From the IMG/VR virus record IMGVR_UViG_3300037067_026753: a stretch of DNA of 61,485 bases; one strand, given 5' to 3'. Positions 37,664 through 47,398 of the stretch are shown here, piece by piece. This DNA is from a virus. Numbering within the stretch: the stretch's first letter is position 1; each line of letters opens with the position of its first letter. The position numbers and the translations under genes are program-made. The notes under the pieces were generated by a model. It was given only the letters and a program-made list of their open reading frames with translations, ran no database searches and was not told where the DNA came from.

Positions 37664-38541
37664 AAATTTTTAAACCATGTACGGCTAAATGATGTGTTGT
37701 CTTTTTCCGACCAACCGTTTGTATATTTAAGCAAGTCAAGATGATTCAATGTTGAACTTATTTCATCAGCTCTATGAAGAATATAGGATTCTTTTGTCTT
37801 GCAAACTATAGGACTACCACAGTTTAATTCTCCATGGTGACTAAGAATAAGGTGATAAAGAAGCATGATTTTTGTCTGATCTACATCATTGGGTGCAATT
37901 TTTGATACAAACAAAGCTGAAATAGAAAGATGTCCCAACAATGCTTCCCAATTTGTTTTTGAAATTTTACCTTCATCATCAAGATCATAAGCTTTTAATT
38001 TTCCAATATCATGCAACAATCCTGCTGTTATCAACAATTCTCTATCGACGTCGCTAAAATATTGTCCAATCAATAAACTTATATCGACAACTTCAATGCT
38101 ATGCTGGACTAAACCATGTATGTAATTGTGATGATTGCCTTGAGCGGCTGGGTATTCAAAATATAACTCTTTGACATCTTCATTAAAACAATTATCAAGT
38201 ACTTTTTTATAATCTACATCTGTGACACTTGCAATAAGCTCGTAAAATCTGTCTATATACTTTTGAACATCAAATTTTTTATCTATCTGTGTATCTAGCA
38301 TATGTTTTGACAAATAAATAATATCAAGACAAAAATATTTCCTTCTTTTTCTAACACGTCCCTTACAAATAATTTTTTCACCAACACTATACGTTTTAGA
38401 AAACAGATCTATATTGTCTTTCAAAAGCCCAATTATTTTAGTTGTTCCATCATTAAGCTCTATCTCGACAACATGATCTCTAAACGTAATTCTTTCAATT
38501 GTGAAAGAACCTGTAATTATTTTGCCCGATTCAAATTCCAT
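37660..38541 (-). CDS. HD-domain phosphohydrolase with an N-terminal OB fold (YhaM-like 3'-5' exonuclease architecture)
   Basis: HHNYIHGLVQHSIEV......LLHDIGK HD motif, with a beta-rich domain N-terminal to it. Confidence 0.55.
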   Translation of the reverse strand: MEFESGKIITGSFTIERITFRDHVVEIELNDGTTKIIGLLKDNIDLFSKTYSVGEKIICKGRVRKRRKYFCLDIIYLSKHMLDTQIDKKFDVQKYIDRFYELIASVTDVDYKKVLDNCFNEDVKELYFEYPAAQGNHHNYIHGLVQHSIEVVDISLLIGQYFSDVDRELLITAGLLHDIGKLKAYDLDDEGKISKTNWEALLGHLSISALFVSKIAPNDVDQTKIMLLYHLILSHHGELNCGSPIVCKTKESYILHRADEISSTLNHLDLLKYTNGWSEKDNTSFSRTWFKNL

Positions 38542-38573
38542 AATATTCTAACTCTTGATATGTGAAAAGTAAA

Positions 38574-39146
38574 CTAGTTTTTAAGTTGCTTCAAAGCTTC
38601 AAGCCTTGCTAATGATTTATCGATCACTTTTTCGTTCACTAACCAACGTCTTCTCATTCTTGAAAGAGCAGCCTGACTTGCAGCATTAGCAGCAGGAAGA
38701 TTATTTTTTTCAACCATTTTGAAAACTTTTTTCAATCTTTCATACCCGTCTTTACGAAGATCCTCACGTTTTCTACTCATAACTTCAAGAACGCTAAGTA
38801 ACTCCGTCTTGAAATTAGCAGCTTTCTCGATAGTAAGTTCCTCGACAGTCATTCTTGACATTGAAACAACTGTCTCATGAAATACACTCATCAACTTGCC
38901 AATTTCTTCATTTTCCTTTTGCTCGTCCTTTTGTTGATCAATAATATGTTGTTGCTGACGTATACCTGCATCAAGATCGGGTACGTGAGCCATATTATCG
39001 CCAAAAAAACAAACATCTAACGAACCATCATCATTTACTTGAATTCCACGACGTTTGCAAGCTTCAACTACCCATTCATTGTAAGCCATTTTGAACCTCA
39101 TGTTGTCTTGATTTTGTATAGCAATTTTGACATAGACCTTTTGCAA
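38574..39146 (-). CDS. Hypothetical protein (190 aa)
   Basis: ORF from the supplied track. Confidence 0.45.
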   Translation of the reverse strand: MQKVYVKIAIQNQDNMRFKMAYNEWVVEACKRRGIQVNDDGSLDVCFFGDNMAHVPDLDAGIRQQQHIIDQQKDEQKENEEIGKLMSVFHETVVSMSRMTVEELTIEKAANFKTELLSVLEVMSRKREDLRKDGYERLKKVFKMVEKNNLPAANAASQAALSRMRRRWLVNEKVIDKSLARLEALKQLKN

Positions 39147-39330
39147 ATACCGGTTTGCTACAACCTAAATTTTTACAAAATTTATCTATGTATAGCTCCT
39201 TTTTTTCTACCACTTTGCCATGAAACTTGATCTGTTGATAATGCTTAGAACAATATCCTTTGCAAAAAGCATTGTTCTTACATCCAGTTATTGAACAAGT
39301 TTTCCCTTTATTCCTAATCACATTCTTCAA
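39076..39330 (-). CDS. Cys-rich small protein (84 aa)
   Basis: CSITGCKNNAFCKGYCSKHY...CKNLGCSKPVFAKGLCQNCY. It overlaps the downstream gene by 71 nt, so its boundaries are uncertain. Confidence 0.35.
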   Translation of the reverse strand: MKNVIRNKGKTCSITGCKNNAFCKGYCSKHYQQIKFHGKVVEKKELYIDKFCKNLGCSKPVFAKGLCQNCYTKSRQHEVQNGLQ

Positions 39331-39535
39331 GATATATTATGATTGAGTCACAATAAATATTTACTATTTTTGTCATTATCATTTTAAATTCAACTTCACG
39401 AACAACATACCTAACAGTCCTTGCTATCTTATTATTCAAAAGTTCTATTTTTGTTCCCTTAGAAGGTATAGGACAGTCACTAGACGTTGACGAAACCTGT
39501 TCGTCTAATCCTGGGATATCAAAAAGTACATTCAT
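39314..39535 (-). CDS. Hypothetical small protein (73 aa)
   Basis: ORF from the supplied track. Confidence 0.35.
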   Translation of the reverse strand: MNVLFDIPGLDEQVSSTSSDCPIPSKGTKIELLNNKIARTVRYVVREVEFKMIMTKIVNIYCDSIIIYLEECD

Positions 39536-41163
39536 CTTTTCTTCAACACACTTGGTTTTGATAAAATTTCATTGAACAGAGCATCAATATCGTCTTCTCT
39601 ATCACTAGCGTAATTTGCTCTTATCCCATCCTTTTTCTCGTCATCCCATCCAACCCACTGTACAAGATAATCGAGATCTTCTTGCATAGTTTTCTGCACA
39701 GAAATTTTTGATTGAAGAGCCTTAAGTATATGATCCTGTCGTAATGGAACATCTTTGTGAGTCGTATTTCTTTCATGCCACATTTCGACAAGTGAAGCTT
39801 TAACAACCTGATCGATTTCACGTCCTGTAAGCAACGGGCTATTCAAACCAAGATGTTGAACATCAATATTCAATTTTTTAGGATCACGTCCAGTCTTCCT
39901 GAGATGAATATCAAAAATCGAAGCTCTATCAGATGCTGAGGGCAGCGGCACAAAGAACTTATCATCAAACCTTGAAATAAGTTCTGGTGGCAAATATTGA
40001 ATACTGTTGCATGTTGCAACTATAAAAATTGGTGCAGTACAATCTTGGTACCATGTTAAAAATGAACCAATGACTCTGGCTGTTGTTCCTGCATCACTGA
40101 ATGTCGAACTTTGAGAACCAGCAAATTGTTTTTCAATTTCATCAATCAGAACTGCACATGGTGCTACACTCTCAATTATTTTGAGAGCTTTCATGAGCCG
40201 CATTTCGCTTTCACCAACTCTTGATGAAAATATTTTGCTTGGCGTAAAAGCAATCAAAGGTAGCCCCCAATAATTACCAATTGCCTTTGCAAGCAATGAT
40301 TTCCCGCAACCTGTAACGCCGAGCATTAAAACACCCTTTGCTGGTGGAATCTTTAACCGAACAGCTTCCTCTGACCATACTCCTTTTCGTTTTTCAAACC
40401 AATGCTTGATTCTACCAAGACCACCGATCTCGTCAAATGTAACATTGGTTTCTAAGACATCCAACAGATCAGTCTTTCTCAAGATAGTCTTTTTGTAAGC
40501 ATTGATTTCTTCAATGTCAAGTTTTTTCTTTTTCTTGAGAGAAGCCATTACGATCTGCTCTACTTCAAAAAGAGTCAAACCACGAAATCCCATCTTCACG
40601 GTTTCATCGATTTCAGTAGAAAGGCGCTGATTCCCGGGGGAAACTGAATTGAATTCTCCCAACAAGTATTGCACTTTTTTAGTGATTGCTTCATCATCAG
40701 GAAGATCATAAAAAACAACTTCGAAATAACGTTGCAACTTTGTGGGAATTGAAAGCGTCGATGAAACAATAATCAGAGACTTGAGATGAGTATAATCATG
40801 GTATATATTGAGCACCATGTCTTTGAGTTTGCGAATATTTTGAAAATTTGCAGGTTGCGTTTCATACAAATGATGATCAATATCCAAAAGAATATAGATC
40901 AAACGCTTGTCTGTTGACTGATTTTGTTGAATTGCTGTCAGAGCTGCATGAATAGGCATTGTTTTAGAGTCAATAATATCTTCTTTCTTGTCAGCTTCTT
41001 TTGCATATTCATTGTAGGGAACAATACCTGTCGTTGTTCTATAAACAAAAATTTGAGAATTGTTTTTTGTCTGTTCATAAATATCTTGAATCAGACAATC
41101 TTCTTCCTCAGTAACGACGTGTATTAGAGGGCGCAGAATATCTAGATTAGATTTTAAATCCAT
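39532..41163 (-). CDS. AAA+ ATPase
   Basis: Walker A GVTGCGKSLLAKAIG, Walker B AVLIDEIEK, and an arginine-finger region. Confidence 0.75.
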   Translation of the reverse strand: MDLKSNLDILRPLIHVVTEEEDCLIQDIYEQTKNNSQIFVYRTTTGIVPYNEYAKEADKKEDIIDSKTMPIHAALTAIQQNQSTDKRLIYILLDIDHHLYETQPANFQNIRKLKDMVLNIYHDYTHLKSLIIVSSTLSIPTKLQRYFEVVFYDLPDDEAITKKVQYLLGEFNSVSPGNQRLSTEIDETVKMGFRGLTLFEVEQIVMASLKKKKKLDIEEINAYKKTILRKTDLLDVLETNVTFDEIGGLGRIKHWFEKRKGVWSEEAVRLKIPPAKGVLMLGVTGCGKSLLAKAIGNYWGLPLIAFTPSKIFSSRVGESEMRLMKALKIIESVAPCAVLIDEIEKQFAGSQSSTFSDAGTTARVIGSFLTWYQDCTAPIFIVATCNSIQYLPPELISRFDDKFFVPLPSASDRASIFDIHLRKTGRDPKKLNIDVQHLGLNSPLLTGREIDQVVKASLVEMWHERNTTHKDVPLRQDHILKALQSKISVQKTMQEDLDYLVQWVGWDDEKKDGIRANYASDREDDIDALFNEILSKPSVLKKR

Positions 41164-41190
41164 AATACAACCTGTCTATAAAGTCTTCAG

Positions 41191-41487
41191 TTATTGAACG
41201 ACTATGACAATCTCGTCCTTGGTTTCTGTCACTTCATATGTTTCGCCGCGAATTGCTCTTTCATGCAGCTGATAGTCTCTCTGATACTCAGCTTTGATAT
41301 TTTCGATCAAAGAACGATCAACTGAATCCCCTGAAATTTCATTCTGAGAGATAAGCAACGGCATATAGTTTCTGCTGATCGAAAGACCATTCTTAGTCTT
41401 CTTGTAAGAAAGACCAAGTTTTTTGAGCGTGTCTTCCATGATCAACATATTTGTAACCTGAAATGAGCAAGCAATTTTTCCTGACAT
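41191..41487 (-). CDS. Hypothetical protein (98 aa)
   Basis: ORF from the supplied track. Confidence 0.4.
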   Translation of the reverse strand: MSGKIACSFQVTNMLIMEDTLKKLGLSYKKTKNGLSISRNYMPLLISQNEISGDSVDRSLIENIKAEYQRDYQLHERAIRGETYEVTETKDEIVIVVQ

Positions 41488-41497
41488 GTTTTTCTCC

Positions 41498-41683
41498 TTA
41501 TTCTACAATGTGAACTTGATCGTGGACTGGGACATCATCGCCATGGTTGACTGGCACGGAGCTTATGATTTTGAGGTGCTGAGTGACGTCATGCACTGCT
41601 GCACAACTGGTTGAATCCAATGTTTCAACCGTAACTTCACCTGCATGTGCTCCCCTTCTGGGAATTGTAATTTTGTAAGCCAT
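41498..41683 (-). CDS. Hypothetical small protein (61 aa)
   Basis: ORF from the supplied track. Confidence 0.3.
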   Translation of the reverse strand: MAYKITIPRRGAHAGEVTVETLDSTSCAAVHDVTQHLKIISSVPVNHGDDVPVHDQVHIVE

Positions 41684-41695
41684 GAAATTTCCTCC

Positions 41696-42001
41696 TCATA
41701 AATGTGAACGTATTATCTTTTCTACAAGGTCTTTATTTCTAAATCCCTCTACTCTATCTATTTCAGCACAATTTCTGAAAAGAACAAATGTTGGGAGTTT
41801 AGTTACGTGATATATTTCTATCAAGTGCACTTCTTCAAGTATATTTATTTTAACAATATTACATCGTCCTTGATAAGCTTTTTGCAAAATTTCTAAATAC
41901 GGTTCTGCTTGAATGCAAGGCGCACATGATGTGTCCCAAAACTCTACAAGAGTTAATGATGCAATAATAGTTCTAAATTCTTGAAAACTAGAACTTTTCA
42001 T
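41696..42001 (-). CDS. Thioredoxin-fold protein
   Basis: FWDTSCAPCIQ resembles the thioredoxin WCxPC active site. Confidence 0.55.
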   Translation of the reverse strand: MKSSSFQEFRTIIASLTLVEFWDTSCAPCIQAEPYLEILQKAYQGRCNIVKINILEEVHLIEIYHVTKLPTFVLFRNCAEIDRVEGFRNKDLVEKIIRSHL

Positions 42002-42309
42002 GAAAAATAAATTTGTAAAATTCTTTTGAGTTCGTCATCGCTTGCGTATTTAACGGAACACTTGATTTTTCCCATATGACGCTTTTTTATTTCCTCGGGC
42101 GTGTAGACTTTAACGCTCATACCAGTAAATTCATTGGCTTTAGATGCGTCTTCTAATTGTACACGTTTTTTCATGATCAAAGCCTTTTTCAAACTTGGAT
42201 CATATACCATTGTATAGTTCTTGACTATCCTTACTTCGCCAAATTTTGAAAGTTCAGACTTCTCCACTTGAGCCTCCTTTGTTATAGATACTATTCTATA
42301 TCTTAACAA
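41998..42309 (-). CDS. Hypothetical protein (103 aa)
   Basis: ORF from the supplied track. Confidence 0.4.
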   Translation of the reverse strand: MLRYRIVSITKEAQVEKSELSKFGEVRIVKNYTMVYDPSLKKALIMKKRVQLEDASKANEFTGMSVKVYTPEEIKKRHMGKIKCSVKYASDDELKRILQIYFS

Positions 42310-42321
42310 GGGAACTATGCA

Positions 42322-42921
42322 TTAATAAATAAAATCATAATCTTTTGTGCCAGAACGCTGGCTCCAAATTAAAGCATCATACACAGCCACACTAACACCC
42401 TGGTTTATTGCCCGAGCCCGTACTTCATCCTCTATCGAAAAATAATCAAATTTCTTGCCCGTGACACAAAGATGTTGCAAAATATGCGTATCCACAATAG
42501 CCAAATCCTCTATCCCTAAATTCCTTAGAAAATGACTAGCCGCTTTCAAACCTATGCCTTTAATTTCCCTTACAACAAAAGTCCTTATTGCTCGTGTGTC
42601 ACGCTCTGATTCAAGCATTGGGCTCAATTTTTTATAAAATTCATCGAATTTGTATTTTGCAGCTAAAAGATAATCAACTTTGCGGTTCTTAAATCTTATT
42701 ATAGAAATAATCTTGAGTAACTCTTCTCGGTATATTGGCCTTGCATAAAACCTCTCGTCCTTGAGCATATTTATAACACTCAAAACTGTTTTAAATTTTG
42801 TCTGGGGAACTAGAACACAAAAACAAAGATTATAAAAAACATCTAATTTTGTTTTAGGTTTTTTAAAGCGTTGTACTATTTCTTTTGCTTGCGCAATTTG
42901 GTCTTTTGTAAAATAAATCAT
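42322..42921 (-). CDS. HhH-GPD family N-glycosylase/DNA lyase (Ogg/EndoIII-like)
   Basis: IKGIGLKAASHFLRNLG helix-hairpin-helix and the catalytic Asp in IVDTH. Confidence 0.6.
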   Translation of the reverse strand: MIYFTKDQIAQAKEIVQRFKKPKTKLDVFYNLCFCVLVPQTKFKTVLSVINMLKDERFYARPIYREELLKIISIIRFKNRKVDYLLAAKYKFDEFYKKLSPMLESERDTRAIRTFVVREIKGIGLKAASHFLRNLGIEDLAIVDTHILQHLCVTGKKFDYFSIEDEVRARAINQGVSVAVYDALIWSQRSGTKDYDFIY

Positions 42922-42971
42922 AATACTCCCTTGCTATTTTTTATATAATAAAACTACATGGAGGGAGTAAC

Positions 42972-43175
42972 ATGATGGAAGAAAAAACAATTTTCAGCAT
43001 TACGTTGAATAATAAAAACGAAATTCGTTCAAATATGGATCTTTCGAGTATCTTGGGAGAAGAAGATGCTCTACGATTTATTCATTCCTTGCTTGATGAA
43101 TTTAAACAAGATGTGCTGAGGAAAATCAGAGAAATTAAAGCACCTGTAAAAGAAGATGATGAATTTGATTTTTAA
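42972..43175 (+). CDS. Hypothetical small acidic protein (67 aa)
   Basis: GGAGGGAG RBS upstream; one of the few plus-strand genes. Confidence 0.4.
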   Translation: MMEEKTIFSITLNNKNEIRSNMDLSSILGEEDALRFIHSLLDEFKQDVLRKIREIKAPVKEDDEFDF

Positions 43176-43633
43176 AGATAAAACCCGGACATTCTTTCGT
43201 TTTTAGCAATATCTTCTAAAACAAAAAAATCATTCACTTCAGAAAGTTTTTCACAATATAGTCTACAAAATTCAAAAATTTGACGCGTACTTGTTTTAAC
43301 ATAAACTTTTATCGACCTACAAAAATTTTGAATATCTTTATTTTTTTGAAATTCAAAAGCTAATCTTGTTAGCCTGTGGTTTCCATCTGAAAAAACAAAC
43401 TCATCATTTTTAAAATGGCCACACATCGGTAAATTCGTAATTCTTTCATAATCTACATCTCCAACAATCATATTATCATTATTAAAATCTTGCTCTCTAA
43501 AAGTTCTCAAATTCCAACTTGAATTGAAATTAATCGCATTAATAATTGGAATGTCACTTAAACAATAAAAACCAGGTTCGACTTGTCTTGCCTTGCATAA
43601 TACATAAACCTGATTACTTGAATAGATTAACAT
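43172..43633 (-). CDS. Hypothetical protein (153 aa)
   Basis: ORF from the supplied track. Confidence 0.45.
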   Translation of the reverse strand: MLIYSSNQVYVLCKARQVEPGFYCLSDIPIINAINFNSSWNLRTFREQDFNNDNMIVGDVDYERITNLPMCGHFKNDEFVFSDGNHRLTRLAFEFQKNKDIQNFCRSIKVYVKTSTRQIFEFCRLYCEKLSEVNDFFVLEDIAKNERMSGFYL

Positions 43634-43652
43634 ATTTAAAGCATCTTGATAG

Positions 43653-44495
43653 TCAATTTTTTGTCTTTTTTTTGCATCTTGTTATATAAAAATCTAACAT
43701 ATAAGTTTTTATCCATTTGTTGACTTTTTGAGTTTTTATTTTTAAAAGCTTTGAAACCTCACTTACCCAACCATTTTTTGAAAAATCTATAGAACTATTC
43801 TCAATTATCTTTATTTTCTCAAATTGCTTAAGTAATTGTAATAAAGATCTTATCTTAGATTTCTGCTGTAATTTAAGTTTTTTAGAATTATCTCTAGCTA
43901 TTCTTAAAGTTTTGTTTTTAAGCATATGATTTTCAAGAGATTTCTGAACATACTCATATTTATCCAAACTACTTAACAAATCTAAGAATGAATTGATTTT
44001 TTCTTGATTTATTTCGTTATAAGCAATTCTTACGACTTTCCAACCTTTCAATAACAAATGCTTATCTTTCTCTAAGTCATGTTCAAATCTAGTATTCCCA
44101 TGCGAAAAATGTGCTGGTCCATCAAGTTCAATAGCAAGTTTTATATTGACAAATGCAAAATCAATAAAATATGGAAATTCAGCATATTCACTTACAATGT
44201 CATATTTTTCGTTTAAGTTAAATTTCAAAATAACTTTGTCTATAAACCATTGCTCTAAAGAACTTGGGATCTGTTTACTTCTTTTTTCCCAAGCTGTTTT
44301 ACCTGTCCGCTTTTTAAGATATTCAAATCTTGCTTTTCTAATCTTATTTTTTGTTACAGTTGTGTGTTTAAAAATTTCTGGATGTTTCAAGTGCAACAAC
44401 TTAAAGGCTTCAGATAGAGATCTACATTTATCTCTTAGAGCTATTGTTACTAGATCTTTGGGATAACCTATTTTTATAATTTCACCAGAAGACAT
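43653..44495 (-). CDS. Vsr/DUF559-like (restriction-endonuclease fold) homing-endonuclease-like protein
   Basis: C-terminal IELDGPAHFSHGNTRFEHDLEKDKHLLLKGWKVVRI. It is a paralog of 54168..55100 and sits next to the tRNA array. Confidence 0.45.
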   Translation of the reverse strand: MSSGEIIKIGYPKDLVTIALRDKCRSLSEAFKLLHLKHPEIFKHTTVTKNKIRKARFEYLKKRTGKTAWEKRSKQIPSSLEQWFIDKVILKFNLNEKYDIVSEYAEFPYFIDFAFVNIKLAIELDGPAHFSHGNTRFEHDLEKDKHLLLKGWKVVRIAYNEINQEKINSFLDLLSSLDKYEYVQKSLENHMLKNKTLRIARDNSKKLKLQQKSKIRSLLQLLKQFEKIKIIENSSIDFSKNGWVSEVSKLLKIKTQKVNKWIKTYMLDFYITRCKKKTKN

Positions 44496-44848
44496 ACCAG
44501 AAGAATATAAATTTCTAACTTCGTCAACTTAAAAAATCTTTTACATTTGACGCACTGATATTTTTCAATACCAAAAGTATTTGATGTTATTTTTTTTCTA
44601 GTACCTATTAAATAAGATTTCTTTAAATTTTTACTTGCATTATGTTTTCTTTTTATATCTTTAATATAAAACACAATATTTTTCTTAGAATATCCTTTTT
44701 TTATGATTTCTGTCAACAGCAAACCAGACAAATACAAGCTTTTAATTTCTTGTATTTTATTTTTTGACAAAACGCAAAATTTTTTGTGTTGTTTAAAACC
44801 AGTTAAATTCTTTAGGATTTTACCACATTTATTGCATACAAAACTCAT
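44474..44848 (-). CDS. C2H2-like zinc-finger small protein
   Basis: CNKCGKILKNLTGFKQHKKFC. Confidence 0.4.
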   Translation of the reverse strand: MSFVCNKCGKILKNLTGFKQHKKFCVLSKNKIQEIKSLYLSGLLLTEIIKKGYSKKNIVFYIKDIKRKHNASKNLKKSYLIGTRKKITSNTFGIEKYQCVKCKRFFKLTKLEIYILLVCLLVKL

Positions 44849-44868
44849 ATTTTTACTCGTTAAAAAAC

Positions 44869-44940
44869 TGGGGTAGAAGGATTTGCACCTCCGACACCCG
44901 GCTCCAAGGGCCAGCGTTCTTCTACTGAACTATACCCCAA
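44869..44940 (-). tRNA. tRNA-Gln (anticodon TTG) with a non-canonical anticodon loop CCUUGGA
   Basis: Cloverleaf folds by hand, with a U1-A72 pair and G73 as expected for Gln. Anticodon stem CTGGC/GCCGG. Position 33 is C. Confidence 0.6.
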
Positions 44941-44953
44941 TAAATTTCAAACT

Positions 44954-45026
44954 AGCCACAAAGAGACTTGAACTCTTAACCTACAGTTTAGGAAACTGTG
45001 ACTCTATCCAATTGAGCTATGTGGCT
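44954..45026 (-). tRNA. tRNA-Arg (anticodon CCT)
   Basis: Acceptor AGCCACA/TGTGGCT, anticodon loop TTCCTAA, T-loop TTCAAGT. Confidence 0.8.
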
Positions 45027-45031
45027 AAAAA

Positions 45032-45108
45032 TGGTCGGAACGAGCAGAGTTGAACTGCTGACCCCCTGCACCCCATGCAGGTGCGCTACCAGGCTGCGCC
45101 ACGTTCCG
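45032..45108 (-). tRNA. tRNA-Pro (anticodon GGG), CCA encoded
   Basis: Acceptor CGGAACG/CGTTCCG, anticodon loop ATGGGGT (as I remember E. coli proL), T-loop TTCAACT, 3'-terminal CCA. Confidence 0.8.
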
Positions 45109-45126
45109 TTGTTCAAAGAACTTAAA

Positions 45127-45201
45127 TCGGAGTGAGTGGATTTGAACCACCGGCCTTGTGATCCCGGATCACACGTTCTAACCAGGCTGAACTACACTCC
45201 G
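45127..45201 (-). tRNA. tRNA-Pro (anticodon CGG) with C33
   Basis: Acceptor CGGAGTG/CACTCCG, anticodon stem TGTGA/TCACA, loop TCCGGGA (C at position 33). Confidence 0.65.
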
Positions 45202-45205
45202 TATT

Positions 45206-45280
45206 CTGGGGTGAGAAGACTTGAACTTCTAACTTCTGGTTTCAGAGACCAGCGTTCTAAACCAATTGAACTACACCCCA
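45206..45280 (-). tRNA. tRNA-Gln (anticodon CTG)
   Basis: Acceptor TGGGGTG/CACCCCA (U1-A72, G73), anticodon loop CTCTGAA. Confidence 0.8.
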
Positions 45281-45286
45281 ATAAAA

Positions 45287-45364
45287 TGGTCGGGATGAGA
45301 GGATTTGAACCTCCGACACCTGCGTCCCAGGCGCAGTGCTCTAACCAGACTGAGCTACATCCCG
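45287..45364 (-). tRNA. tRNA-Pro (anticodon TGG) with C33, CCA encoded
   Basis: Acceptor CGGGATG/CATCCCG, anticodon stem CTGCG/CGCAG, loop CCTGGGA. Confidence 0.65.
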
Positions 45365-45388
45365 TAATTCAAAGAACTCTAAACAAAA

Positions 45389-45415
45389 CGGCCCCTCTTT
45401 TTTGGAGAGGAGCCG
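45389..45415. terminator. Bidirectional rho-independent terminator
   Basis: cggcccctc/gaggagccg stem with a T-rich loop. It is flanked by aaaacaaaa on one side and tttgaaattt on the other, so there is a T-tract on both strands. Confidence 0.55.
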
Positions 45416-45561
45416 TTTGAAATTTCGTTTTTGTCTTTCAGTTATTTCAACAGCAGCCCTCTCCAGGTTATGTTCCTGGGTTGTTGTGGTTGCGGCTGTT
45501 GAAAAAATATTTTCATAGTTTAAATATAACATAAATTATTGCAAGTGTAAATATTTTTATG

Positions 45562-46041
45562 TCATAATACAAAAAATTCTGCATAATTGTTTTCATAAAG
45601 TCTCATATTGTCTAGAATATTTGGCTCTACTTCTAACATATTGTCTTTTCTAAGAGGATATAAAAAACAATTATCCTCTGGGCTCGGATCCATTACGAGA
45701 ATTTTGTTGTTGTTCTTTTTTATTCGTACTGCATGATTAAACCAAGGCAAAGGACTTCCATTACTTTTATGAAAAATGATGACAATAACGTCTTGATTGG
45801 GATACTTTGAGAATATTTCAAAAGTTTTGATACCTGAATCTTTGTAAATATAGAACCCGTTAAATGTTTCATTTAGAAAATCATAAGTATTAAGGAGATT
45901 AGTTGTGCCAGTTTGTTCAGCAAGCTGAATATTAATATGATATTGATATTCTAAATTTTTTATATAATAAGTGTTATATGAAATTCTTATATTTATTTTG
46001 TTTGTTTTGTTTGTGTTCAAGTTCAGCACCATGGTTGTCAT
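45562..46041 (-). CDS. Hypothetical protein (159 aa)
   Basis: ORF from the supplied track. Confidence 0.45.
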   Translation of the reverse strand: MTTMVLNLNTNKTNKINIRISYNTYYIKNLEYQYHINIQLAEQTGTTNLLNTYDFLNETFNGFYIYKDSGIKTFEIFSKYPNQDVIVIIFHKSNGSPLPWFNHAVRIKKNNNKILVMDPSPEDNCFLYPLRKDNMLEVEPNILDNMRLYENNYAEFFVL

Positions 46042-46182
46042 ATAGCGTCATATATGTAGGTTCTGAAAAAGAATGTGACATGCTTTTGAAGGAATTAGAA
46101 AAGAAAAATCAAGAATGTAGAGTGATTTGTCATGATAGTGGTGCTGTTTACGAAATCAATTATAGACCAATCAAATAGTTTT

Positions 46183-47052
46183 TTAGACTCCTTTAGCAAG
46201 ATAATCCCAAACTTTTTGTTCGTTTATAGCAACCAGAACATAATCACCATTTTCATCAAGTCTCGATCCCCATTCACCTTTTTCACTGTAAGGTTTTGCT
46301 CTGACCCATGTCCCAATTTCTGGATGCAAATGACATACCGCAGCAGTAGGATCATGAAATTTTTTCCCATCACTACCAAGTTTAAATCTCCACGTCATAC
46401 CTTCGCGGAATAATTCAGCAGCTCGATCTTTTGGGGGAACACTTGTTATGTATTTATGAGTATCAAGATTATACATCATATAATGACAAACATTTTTACC
46501 AACAAAATGTCTTTCTTTGATATCCATTTTTAAGAAGTTAAAAGCACCCTTTTTGTCACCATTTAAATTGAAAGTTGGGACTGTTTGTTTTCCTTTGAAT
46601 TTATCAAGCATTTTCACAGTAATACCATGTGTCATATAACCAATAAAACCACCTTGCATAGTTGCACAATTTAATTGTACGGGCAAATTATAATGGCCTA
46701 AATTTTGAAGAGGTCCACATCCGAAAAAATCAACATCATCATCAACAAGAACACGTCTGATAACTTCATTTGCAAGAATTGCGTTTGAAGAATAATATGG
46801 AAATTTATATTGATCAAGCATTGCTTTATGAATGTTTGTTGGATGTTCTTTTCTTCTTCCAAGTAAGGGGACACCTATGAGAACATCTTTCTTTCCCAGA
46901 ATTTGAAGTAAAAAATCCACAATAGCGATTTGCATCTCATCACCCGGGCTAATAAGAATACCTTTAATATTCACCCCAGCTGAAAATAAATAACATAAAG
47001 CAAAAAAATCATCTGGGTCATGACCTATATCTGTTTCGACTAATAGATTCAT
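46183..47052 (-). CDS. Nucleoside hydrolase (IU-NH family)
   Basis: N-terminal ETDIGHDPDDFFAL matches the DxDxxxDD Ca2+/ribose-binding motif. Confidence 0.6.
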   Translation of the reverse strand: MNLLVETDIGHDPDDFFALCYLFSAGVNIKGILISPGDEMQIAIVDFLLQILGKKDVLIGVPLLGRRKEHPTNIHKAMLDQYKFPYYSSNAILANEVIRRVLVDDDVDFFGCGPLQNLGHYNLPVQLNCATMQGGFIGYMTHGITVKMLDKFKGKQTVPTFNLNGDKKGAFNFLKMDIKERHFVGKNVCHYMMYNLDTHKYITSVPPKDRAAELFREGMTWRFKLGSDGKKFHDPTAAVCHLHPEIGTWVRAKPYSEKGEWGSRLDENGDYVLVAINEQKVWDYLAKGV

Positions 47053-47160
47053 ATTTACTCGACTTTATACGTAATTTTCAACACAATGTTTATGTTAATT
47101 ACTTGCAAAAGTTACAGATACTTCATTGTCGTTTTCAGTGAGACTAAACGCGAACATTTA

Positions 47161-47385
47161 TTACTTCCTGTTATATTGCCAGGGTTTTAAACACCATTTA
47201 CTCATTGTTTGTTTTGTTTCAAGCCATCTATAATCAGAAATGTCCCAAGATTCATAAAACTTTTTATAAGTTTTACCATTGGGTACATCTTCAGCTTTCC
47301 TTATCGTATGGTTAGCATATCTTTTTTCTTTACTTCGGCCTCTTGATCGATCTGTTACCCACGAAGTACAATATGATCGGGACAA
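47161..47385 (-). CDS. Hypothetical small basic protein (74 aa)
   Basis: ORF from the supplied track. Confidence 0.35.
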   Translation of the reverse strand: MSRSYCTSWVTDRSRGRSKEKRYANHTIRKAEDVPNGKTYKKFYESWDISDYRWLETKQTMSKWCLKPWQYNRK

Positions 47386-47398
47386 AATAAACTCCTTT

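Noticed and set aside
45136-45420. 94-aa plus-strand ORF across the tRNA cluster
   Set aside because: It is the antisense translation of four tRNA genes (for example ...GFEPPTPAS is the T-arm of tRNA-Pro), so it is not coding. The same applies to 59787..60005 and 60319..60594, which are antisense to tRNA-Leu(TAG) and tRNA-Ser(GCT).
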